Source of the DNA: an uncultured virus (IMG/VR IMGVR_UViG_3300011242_000004)
Taxonomy: Duplodnaviria; Heunggongvirae; Uroviricota; Caudoviricetes
Length of the DNA stretch: 64,000 bases
Direction: 5' to 3' (one strand)
IMG/VR virus record: IMGVR_UViG_3300011242_000004
Shown piece by piece: positions 1 to 9,600 of the stretch. The translations under genes were made by a program, and so were the position numbers. Positions within the stretch are counted from its first letter, which is position 1. Each line of letters opens with the position of its first letter. The notes under the pieces were generated by a model. The model had not been told where the DNA came from and ran no database searches. It saw only the letters and a list, made by a program, of their open reading frames with translations.

Positions 1-403
1 CATGGCATGTGAACGACCCCGGTCCGTTCGTAAATTCTTCAATCGTAATATCAGACACACCCGGCACTGCCAATGCTTTTAAACGGATAGCGGCAAGGTT
101 GCCTCCTGCTACCGTATAGACTTGGTTCCGAATCCGTTGCTTATACGTTCCGTCTGCTTCTCCTGCTTGTCGTGGACAATTCAGTAAGTCTCCTAGTAAG
201 TCGACGTAAACCCCTTCAGACGTCGATAGGAACGCCATCGCATTCACAAGGTTCAATTCTTCATAGAAATCATAGAAGTCTTCGACGAGTACTTCCGTGA
301 ATGTCTGGACGATGGTACCGGCTCCACTCGCATTGACCCCAATCCGCTTCTCGACTTCACTGAGAATGCGGTCAATCATCTCTTTTTGTGTTTTAATTAT
401 CAT
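1..403 (-). CDS. Baseplate J-like wedge protein (partial, runs off the window)
   Basis: Manual translation from ATG at 403 (ATGA overlap with upstream stop): MIIKTQKEMIDRILSEVEKRIG...AFLSTSEGVYVDLLGDLLNCPRQAGEADGTYKQRI...ALAVPGVSD, resembling the gpJ pattern; follows a gp25-like gene. Not in the ORF track. Confidence 0.7.
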   Translation of the reverse strand, partial: MIIKTQKEMIDRILSEVEKRIGVNASGAGTIVQTFTEVLVEDFYDFYEELNLVNAMAFLSTSEGVYVDLLGDLLNCPRQAGEADGTYKQRIRNQVYTVAGGNLAAIRLKALAVPGVSDITIEEFTNGPGSFTCH

Positions 404-909
404 TCGTCTTCCACCTCATAGACATCCACCAATCCTAATTCCATATGGAACAAGAGCGGGATGCGAATATCTTGCCTTCCTTCTTCTTTGATAGTAATCA
501 TGTACATAATACTTTCTGCTGTATACGGGAAACCACGTACTTCAAAATTGTTTTCATTTAATGCATCATCGTACGTCAATGCTTTGATGATGCTTGCCCG
601 TCCAACTTCCATCGTCTCCCGTGTGTTCAGCTCTCCGATTAAATCACTAAGGTCTGCACCGACTCCATCATGAAGACTCCAGTCTGGGTTTTCTGTTCGA
701 AGACGGTTCCAAATCATTTGTTGAATCGTCTCGACGCCGAACGCTACCCCGATGTCTCGAATCGGAACCGTTGTCTCTGACACTTCTGTCGTATACCCAC
801 CCGGTCGTGCTGGGTCTCGATACAACAGTTCACCTTCACTGTTCGTTTTTTGTTCTCCTAAGATTAAGTCGCCGTCTTTTGAGAATCCAAAATCAATTCG
901 CATTATCAA
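400..909 (-). CDS. Baseplate wedge / sheath initiator (gp25/XkdS-like)
   Basis: NRLRTENPDWSLHDGVGADLSDLIGE resembles the gp25/gpW RLxT..G.W.....G motif; lies between spike-like genes and baseplate J. Confidence 0.6.
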   Translation of the reverse strand: MIMRIDFGFSKDGDLILGEQKTNSEGELLYRDPARPGGYTTEVSETTVPIRDIGVAFGVETIQQMIWNRLRTENPDWSLHDGVGADLSDLIGELNTRETMEVGRASIIKALTYDDALNENNFEVRGFPYTAESIMYMITIKEEGRQDIRIPLLFHMELGLVDVYEVEDE

Positions 910-1345
910 GACCTCTTCCTTTTAATCCTTGTTTTTTCATTTCTTCAAGGGTCGTTTTGCGATACCCTTTCTTGCGGTCGTAGTCATATCCGCTTTCCGA
1001 CTTATTGTTTTTGACGACACCATTTTCTTTTAAGTATAAGTTCAAATGGTTCCCTGACATCGTCAGGTTCTTTCCGAATAAATCGACCCCTTTGCTACTT
1101 AACCGAATTCCGCTTCCTTCACCGGTCACGATTTCAATGTCGCCATTGTCTTTCAGACGAATGGCCGCTCCTGTTTCAGGATGTTTGATGCTCACCTCAT
1201 CTTCATTGACGAAGAACTGGTCTTCCATTCGTTTTTTGAAACTAATGTGTTCTTTCTTTTGTAGTTGTTTTTCTACAAGCTTGCGCCATTTCGGAGCTTC
1301 GAAGGAACTATCTCCATCCCGAAACTCTTCTTTTTCAAATGCCAT
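893..1345 (-). CDS. Putative baseplate spike C-terminal-like protein
   Basis: Short beta-strand repeats GAAIRLKDNGDIEI / GSGIRLSSKGVDL resemble the gpV/gp5 beta-helix; baseplate context. Confidence 0.4.
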   Translation of the reverse strand: MAFEKEEFRDGDSSFEAPKWRKLVEKQLQKKEHISFKKRMEDQFFVNEDEVSIKHPETGAAIRLKDNGDIEIVTGEGSGIRLSSKGVDLFGKNLTMSGNHLNLYLKENGVVKNNKSESGYDYDRKKGYRKTTLEEMKKQGLKGRGLDNAN

Positions 1346-1358
1346 ATGTCCTCACCTC

Positions 1359-1718
1359 TCAAAACAAGTCGGTGTGAAACGGAAGATTCCGTCCCTTTTT
1401 CACTTGCAGATGGTCTTCTTTAAATTCTTTGTACACTTTACTGATGTAAGGTTTTTGATACGAGTTATCCCGAAACGACAACTCGACTTGATTCCCTGTC
1501 TTAATCGTTTGTCCGATGATGCCATCTGACTCCTTTGGGAATGGGACGTTCTTTCGGAAACGACGTACTTGTGCACCGGGTTCGAAGTACACAATATCTA
1601 ACAATTGGTCTTTGTAATTCACATACGATACGACCCCTTGTACTGTGCGAGCTTGCTTATCCAGCATTGGGCGGACCGCTTTGTCGATAATCGTTTGTAC
1701 GATAGGGTTTTGGTTCAT
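1359..1718 (-). CDS. Putative gp5/gpV OB-fold-like baseplate protein
   Basis: GVVSYVN...NVPFP...IKTGNQVELSFRDNSYQKPYI resembles the spike OB-fold (G..V.V.F..G....P.I). Confidence 0.45.
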   Translation of the reverse strand: MNQNPIVQTIIDKAVRPMLDKQARTVQGVVSYVNYKDQLLDIVYFEPGAQVRRFRKNVPFPKESDGIIGQTIKTGNQVELSFRDNSYQKPYISKVYKEFKEDHLQVKKGRNLPFHTDLF

Positions 1719-1776
1719 GTTCTCACCTCTTTATCGGTTACGAATGTAACCTTTTTCTTCCTAAAAGTATAGATGC

Positions 1777-2406
1777 TTACAGCCCCGGTCCTTGATAGAC
1801 TTTCCCATCATACGCCCATGTTGCCGCCGGTCCGATATCCACGTGAACGAATCCTTCTTCGCCTTCATTGAATTCTCCTTGAATGGCGATGGCACGAATC
1901 CCCATTGTATAAGCGGCGTCTGCAATCTCTCGTGCTTCTTCGTAGCTTTCGACCATGAAATCCATGGCAAGCCCTGCTGTATGCGCATTTGTCAGATTCT
2001 CTTTCGTTGAACGGAAACCGTTGACAACATATAAGACTTTCCCACCTAATCGGTTGGATAACATCGACATCACCCGGACGGTATCAATCGGATAATAGTT
2101 GATGGAGTTGTTGCGGTTCAAGTGAACGAAATACCGTTCATCGATTTTATCGAACTTGTAGAAGTTTGTTTCAAACGCTTCTCGTGTCCGGTTCCGAAGG
2201 TAATCCATGCGCCCGACTTGCGGTGGTTGATAGTGCCCGGTCGTTAACTTCCCACGAGGCATGACCAACCATTCTTTATAGAATTCATCTTCTACGCTTT
2301 CCGCTTCTTCGATATATCCATCATAAATATCTGGGTCTTTATCAATCGTATCAGGGACTGCTTCCCCTGTTGGTACCCCTGACGGTAAGATTTCTTCTTC
2401 TGCCAT
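1777..2406 (-). CDS. Peptidase M15 family (Zn D-Ala-D-Ala/YcbK-like) protein
   Basis: VNGFRS...NAHTAGLAMD...FVHVD = Hx6D...HxD zinc motifs. Confidence 0.8.
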   Translation of the reverse strand: MAEEEILPSGVPTGEAVPDTIDKDPDIYDGYIEEAESVEDEFYKEWLVMPRGKLTTGHYQPPQVGRMDYLRNRTREAFETNFYKFDKIDERYFVHLNRNNSINYYPIDTVRVMSMLSNRLGGKVLYVVNGFRSTKENLTNAHTAGLAMDFMVESYEEAREIADAAYTMGIRAIAIQGEFNEGEEGFVHVDIGPAATWAYDGKVYQGPGL

Positions 2407-2418
2407 GATGTCCCTCCT

Positions 2419-3597
2419 TTAAGCTTTATTTGTTCCTTTTAAGAACTTGCGTGGATTCAATGCATCGTTGTATCGGTTATTACTAGGTCTTACCTCATAA
2501 TGCAAGTGCGGTCCTGTCGAACGCCCTGTATGACCAACGACACCAATGATTTGGTCGACTTTCACCTTGTCCCCTTTTTTAACATAGGTCGCATCCAAGT
2601 GGGCATAGTAATGGTAGTGGTTATCTGGTGTCTTAATAACAATGTAGTTGCCATACCCATTGCCCATGAAAGCGACATTGAAGACCGTCCCTGCATGGAA
2701 GCACGGCAATTTCGTTCCTCGAATACTTCCAGCACTTCCTGCAAAATCAATGCCTGAATGATAGCTTCCATCTGGATAACGTGGGAAGTCTGCTGAAATC
2801 AGCCATTTGTTGATGAAGCTTTTTGCCGCACCCTTCTTGACTTCACCGCCACCTCCGCCACTTTTGCTACTACCTTTTTTGACACCATTGATTTTCGTAT
2901 ACGAACCATCTGGGTCCAGTCCAAAACCTTTGTAGATTTCAGCGAAGGCATCCCGATAGAACTTCCCTTTGTCACTGACGCCGTTCCATGCCCATGCAAT
3001 GTTTTTGACACTTTGTTCATGCCCTAAGCTTTTTAAGATACCGGCTTTTGAACGAATAATCTTGATGCCCATTTCAATGTTGTATCTAGCATCTTTCAAA
3101 CGAGAAGCGTCAACGGCTACCCCAACGTTCCCGGGTGTAATCTGCATGAGTCCAATCGAGCCCGCGCCATCACTTGAAATCAACTTCGGATTCCCTGCTG
3201 TCTCTAACATGATGATGACTTTAACGAGCATTGGGTCAATCTTTTCTTTGACACAGACTTCTTTGATAGCGGCGTCATGCACCGACGTCGATTTAATTTT
3301 AGCTTTGATACCAGCGGAGAACGGTCCACCACTTTTATTCCATGGGTTTCTCGTCTTCGTGCTATCAGGACCTTTGTAATCAGAGACCCCTAACAATTCT
3401 CCATTGAATTCACCAGAGGACGAATCTTCACCCGAAGAGGATTTATCCCCGCCACCGTCTTCATCATCTTTTTCATCAAATCCCGGAAGTCGGAAGCTTG
3501 ATGCAAAATCCAAACGACGCTTATAAAACTCTTTCATTTCACTAACTTGTTGACCGTATGTAATTTTTTTATCGGTTTTCTTTGCCATAGGTTTCAC
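2419..3597 (-). CDS. Tail-associated lysin: lytic transglycosylase (SLT) plus M23 peptidase
   Basis: IIMLET...GLMQI...YNIEMG (SLT); HSGID, YAHL, TGRSTGPHLHYE (M23). Confidence 0.9.
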   Translation of the reverse strand: MKPMAKKTDKKITYGQQVSEMKEFYKRRLDFASSFRLPGFDEKDDEDGGGDKSSSGEDSSSGEFNGELLGVSDYKGPDSTKTRNPWNKSGGPFSAGIKAKIKSTSVHDAAIKEVCVKEKIDPMLVKVIIMLETAGNPKLISSDGAGSIGLMQITPGNVGVAVDASRLKDARYNIEMGIKIIRSKAGILKSLGHEQSVKNIAWAWNGVSDKGKFYRDAFAEIYKGFGLDPDGSYTKINGVKKGSSKSGGGGGEVKKGAAKSFINKWLISADFPRYPDGSYHSGIDFAGSAGSIRGTKLPCFHAGTVFNVAFMGNGYGNYIVIKTPDNHYHYYAHLDATYVKKGDKVKVDQIIGVVGHTGRSTGPHLHYEVRPSNNRYNDALNPRKFLKGTNKA

Positions 3598-3624
3598 CTC
3601 TACTTAATGTCTTAACCTTTCTAT

Positions 3625-3656
3625 AAAAAGAAAGACAAGAGGAAATTCCTCTTGCC
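3625..3656 (-). terminator. Intrinsic terminator
   Basis: Minus strand GGCAAGAGG-AATTT-CCTCTTGTC followed by TTTCTTTTT. Confidence 0.7.
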
Positions 3657-3662
3657 TGTCGA

Positions 3663-6600
3663 TTACTCTTCGTATGCGTTCTTTTGTTCGACCTCTTTTG
3701 AATCTCCGGCAAGGAAGTTCATCGTCGCACTGATGTACTCATACCATGTATCTTCTTTTTCATCGTCTCCGAAACTCGCATTCCAGAACTTATCTGCTTT
3801 TGATGGGACATCCCCGTAGACGGCTCCTTGGTGTCCGTTGATACCGGCGACCAATTCTCCTCCTCGATATTGCAGAGGGAAGATGGTGACGCATTGGGTT
3901 TGCTGTTTCTTGCGACGCCACATCTCAAACAGTGTTTCGGTTGCGACGGTGAACGCCGCTGTCGCAAGCAAGGAAATCGGGTTGACGATACTTCCGGCTT
4001 TGACAACACTGAGCCCTGCTTTGGCAACGGAAGCCGCTTTCGCCGCTCCTTTACCTGTTCGGGCAATCCGTACCATCTTCTTCAAGGACTTGACTTCCGA
4101 ACGAAGCTTCGATACTTCGACATCAGCATCCCCTGTCGCCTTCAATGTTTCAAGGCGTTTGTCGAGTGCTTTTTTGATATCATCATAATGCGTATCGACT
4201 TCTGCTTTTGTTTTCGCATTGCGTAATTTCTTCGCCAAGTCTTTTAAATCATCTGGCATGTCTTTTCCTTCAAGCATCTTATCCAATGCATTCTGAGTAT
4301 GGAATCGGCTAATCTGTTCTTTGACGAACGGTTTTCCTTTTCCGTTCTCGTCCATCAACCATTTATAAACGCCTGAACGTTGGACGACTTTTTTCGTAAT
4401 CCATGTGGATGCCATAGCAGATGTGGCAATTGCAACTTTCGCTCCAAACGCTGACCCCATCTTCCCATGGTGAAGCATTTCCATATCCCAGTTCGTGACA
4501 TATGCATCTGGTTCAATCGATGTAACGAAACCTGTATCGACAGAGAAATGATGGGTGACAGATTTAACCAACGTAATCCCACTCATATCGACCATCGAAT
4601 CATTCATGTACATGGCATCATGCGGTTTGACCGTTGGGTCGCCGATGACGAGCAAGTGCCCCTTATACATGTCTTTCATATAATCACGCACAGCTGAATG
4701 CCCATACTTTAAGGCTTGTCCTTCTGACGTCCACTTCTCAAGCGTACCAGTTGGGTCACCCGGGAAACGTCCGACGATATCAGCTTCAACGACTATCGTC
4801 TTTTGTTTATCGATTCGAATATCATTATCTGCTTGAACGACTGGTGTGACGTGTCCATCATAACTGACGATAACGTTCGTGTACACGCCTTCTTCAGAAG
4901 CTTTGATGTTATTTGAGATGATGTTGTGGTGACTGTTGTACAAGTGCATCTGCATGTACGGCTTACGGTGTTCACTGTCATACTTGCGTGTCCATTCGCC
5001 TGTCGCTGAATCGAACTCATAGGTTGAGTCATAGCGGTAAGCAACACCCCAGTGTGGTTTTCCGAAGAAGACCGTGGAGCGCATTTCAAATGGCATGACG
5101 GCGGCGATGTAATCGCTTGAACAATAGGCAAACGTTTGGAGAATATCCCAGACCGTATTGTTGTAATACTTGACGATGATATTGTCTTCGTCTCCCGGTT
5201 GAGCGAACTTGAAGATGTTTGTACTAGAGAACGTTTCAAAGTCCGTCAGAACATCCCACATGTTCACGTTCTCACCTTTTTCATTCTTCCATTGGTCAAA
5301 GTTTCCGATGCCGTTTGAAGAATAAATGTTTTGGGCCGCTTCTCCATAATCCCGGTTGAACGGTATAAAGTTACCTGAAGGTGATTCAATTGGTGCTCCG
5401 AAGTGTGCAATCCCTAGCGGGTTGTCCTTGTAGAATTCCCCGTCTGTTTGTGCTGAAATCAAGTCACGCAACCAACCTCCTTTAGAAGTCAGTAGACGCC
5501 CAATCGTTTCCGATGGCTCCATGACTCGTAAGAAACTTTTATTGTTATCATCCGGGTCACCTGAAATCATGTTCGACAATTCCAATCCATCTCCCTGACA
5601 GACGAGTGTCACGAGCTCTGATGTATCCATCTCCGTAATCGTTCCATTGAAAACCGTTGGGAGATTCAAGACATTCGAGCCATATCCCATCCGTAAGTGA
5701 ATCCGTGCTCCCGTTTGTAAGTACATCGACTTATATAATTCTTTACGAGCTTGTACATAATCTTCTGACGGACGTCCTAATAAGAATTGACTCCATGTGA
5801 TGTTCGAGAAGAATGATGGCATCTTCGCTTTATCATTCATGATATCTGTCCGGCGACCGTTCAAGTTCGAATACATGTTCGTCATGGTGATGGTTGCCGT
5901 ATCTGCCGCAATCTTACGAGAACGATAGATATCAATCGATTGAATGGCATTGAATCCATACAGGTTATCCCACATCTTATAGTTTGCCATCCATTTCCCT
6001 TCATCGACGATAAACATCTGGAACGTCGGAAATGCCCGTAGCAAACGTCCTTGCTTATCATATTCAATCATGTCCGTATACATCTGGAGGTGTGTTTCTT
6101 CTGGACTGAGACGGTTAACGAGACGGTTATTGGCGTTCGCATCCCCTTGTTCGGTCATGTCTGTGTAAGCATCGACGACTTCATTGGTTCGAGAACTGAA
6201 ACTGTTCGTTGCCATGTCCAAGACTCCAGCGGTTCCAGCACCGATGGCAAAGACTCCTAACGCAATGGCCGCACCCAGTGGTCCACCTAACAGCGCTCCA
6301 CCGATGACAGCGAGGACGCCACCTGCCGCCCATGCACCCCATTCCCAAAGACTTTCCTTATCGACTTCTTCCATCTTACTTTTAAGTTCTCCTAAGTGAT
6401 TGAAGAAAGCAACTTGGACTTTTTGAGCGGGCATGCCTTGCAGTTGATTGCGGGCTTCTTGTTTCTTTTTCTTCATTTTCGCATCATCGTATTTATCTAC
6501 CAATGAGTCATTGCTCTTTTGCATCTTATAGATGTTGAGTGGGTAATACAAGTCGTTAATCATCAAGTCAATCATTGACTTTTTATCGCCTTCGAAAGCT

Positions 6601-9600
6601 TTCAACAAGCTACCTTCCATCCCTGCATACTTCGCAAAGACTTCTGGAATCAAAGTGGAAATCCCTCCAGCGTAGATGCCCGGTGCTCCTTCAGGGGTCG
6701 TGGTCGCATATGCTTTCCGCCATTGACTCATGACATTATTGACGTATCCATTCCCCGGTGCGAGACGGCGTGGCGTCACCGATTTCTCTTCTGAAGATTT
6801 TTCTTTCTTTGGAAGAACTTCTTTGTCTTGCCCAGCGACTCCGTATTGCCAGACCATCCATTCTAAGTTCCGTGACTTGAAGCGAAGGTCGTTTTGTTTT
6901 GAAGCTTTGATGTAGTGCTTATGCAAGAGTGCCAATGATTGGTCTACATTGTATTTCCAGTCATAGAACAATCGTTCTGCTTGGTCTTTGTCTTTGACGA
7001 TATCTAATGGATACCCCATGAGTCCTGCCCGCCATCCTTGTGAAAGAACAGGCTTTCCTGCTGGGTTGAAGACTTCCCAACGTGAATGCAAGAGCATGAT
7101 GGCTTTGATGATACCAGAGAGACGGTGAATCGGAATCTTGACGACACCCCATTCATCTTTTCCTTCAATCGGTTGTAAACCATCTTCTCGTGTCCAGCGT
7201 GTACTGTTCAAGAGGTTCGTGACGTTATCAAGGTCAGCATTCTTTTCTCCGTTCGGAGAATCCACCTTCTTCATCTTTTTCCAATCCAAATCGAATTTGT
7301 CCCAGTCCATGATGCTTTCATAGAGCTTGTTGACCGAACCATTGAATGATTCATCATCTCCGAAGTTGACGTAATGGAAGTTCCCTTTCTTGGAAATCTT
7401 TCCTGAAGAAGCATAGAAGTATTTCATTTGGACGTCAGGACTGTTTAAGATACTACCTTCTAACCAATCGCTGTTCCGTGTTCCTGAAACTTGTTGGATG
7501 ATGACTTCCTCGTCGAGCTTTGTCATCTTCAGCATGCCTTTACCAAAGACATTGACAATCTTTTTCATGACATAGAACCAGATGTCGGCTTCGCTAGGAT
7601 TTTTCTTATTACTCTTTGCCCAATCTTCATATTCTTTTTTACTTTTCTTACTGTTCCCAGAATACTTCTTCCACTTCTCATAGCTTGGTGGAGTATGATA
7701 AGGGGCTTTTGACTTTCCATCTTCTTTGACATAGTCAGCGACGTCGCCTGTCAATTCAACGTTTGCCATTTTTGCCAACGAGTTTTCGCCTTTTTCTTTC
7801 TTGTTTCCTTTTTTCTCGTCTTTGTCTTTCCATGTTAAATCCGATGGAACCATTTCAACGGTTTTATCCGTGATGGAAAAGGCGCTATTGAAATCACTCG
7901 ATAACTCTGAATCCAAGAATCCTTTACTCTTTGTCGTCGTTCCTTCCTTTGCTCCTGTGTTGTCATACGTGATGACGCTGAAACCTGTCTTGTCTTCAAT
8001 CTCTTCCTTGATGAATTGTTGTAATGTATTACTCGAATTGATATAGAAGTCAGGGTCGACAAAGTATTGCTTTTGATTGTTCTTGTATTCTTTGATACCT
8101 GTTTTCAAGATATCGTTTTTTAAGACATCATTGAGTTCATCGAATGTTGGCAGTTCTAAGTCAGGGTAGACTTCCATCGAACGCATCCGGTATTCAAGGA
8201 CGGCAAAATCTTTTTCTTTCGAATAGTTTTTAACGTACCGGTCATTCAGTTTGGTATCGCCCATGACCGCTGAGACGCCTTGTAAGCGTTCTAAACGACG
8301 TTGTGTACGGTTGAATCCACAGAGTGTCATCATGATTTGGAAGCGTCCCGGGGACCCCGGTACCGTATCAATGCTAATGTTTTCTGGCATGACAGATTTA
8401 ACACCCATCAAACGTAAGATGGAGTTCTCGACGTCCATGAACCCAGAAACAATCCCTTGACGATACTGACGGTTATACCGTTCAACCAGTAACATCATGT
8501 TGTTGACGGCACGTACCGTTTCTTCTGTTCCGTCAAACATCAATTGAATGTATGGGTCTTGTCCTCCTAGGTATTGCAATGTCGGGGAATCCAGCAGTTC
8601 CACTTGCATCGAAGAGAATTGATTTTCATAGATGACGGACATGCCCGTTGGTAATAAATCAGGTATGTCGAACGGCACCATCTTCACCGATTCTTCCGTT
8701 GAGTTGACGATTTCAACGAGTGCTTGGTAGCGTTCCTCGTAGTCATTGATTTCATCTAAAACGTTTTGTTCTTCTTCTGTGACGTTCGCTAAGATTTTTC
8801 GGTTCTTTAATGTCGAAGGAATGACAAGGTAACCGGTGCCATCTGCTCGTTTAAACGGGGCTCCATCTTTATAGAGTACATAACGAGAATCAAACTTCTT
8901 ATAATTCTCACTGTCTCCGAATGCCATCATGAAGACGCCTTCGGCTTCCTTGCCTTCTTTTTCCCATGCTTCCATGAAACTAGGCATCTTCTCGAAGTGC
9001 TCCATGAATTTGCTCCACTCGAAATATTCTTTTGAGACGAAGAATGAATTCTGAACACCTTTCTCCCAGTTTGGAGTAGACCCTTCATAAATCGTGTCAA
9101 AGGCTTCTTTAGACCAACCACTTCCGTTCGGGTTGATGACTTGGTTGATACCAAATAGAGTTCCTCTGTTTTTAATAACTTCGGTATAGCGTTTGTATTG
9201 ACCTAAAATCTTCTGGCTTCGTTTCCCGTCTTCCATACGTTTACCGGCTTCACTTGTTTTCTTTTTCGCTTGTTCCCGGTATTCGTCTGGTGGTGTCATT
9301 TTATTGACTTTGCTAATGGCATCTTGACGGAACGACAATTTGTTTTCGTCGGCGACGAAGAACTGGAAATCATTTGAGACCCGATTAATCGGTTCGAGGT
9401 ATACCCGTCCCGGCAATTCATCTTCTCGAATCGGTTGCATTGCTTGTTGGTAATACCAACGGAACAACGGATAGTTCATGACCGAAGATAAGCTTGGTTC
9501 TGGCAACATGAATGCTTCAACTTCAAACTTTGATAACGTCAATGTCGCTTTCAACGATTCAGGGAAATCTTCAACAGTTTCAATCTTTAAGTTATGTAAC

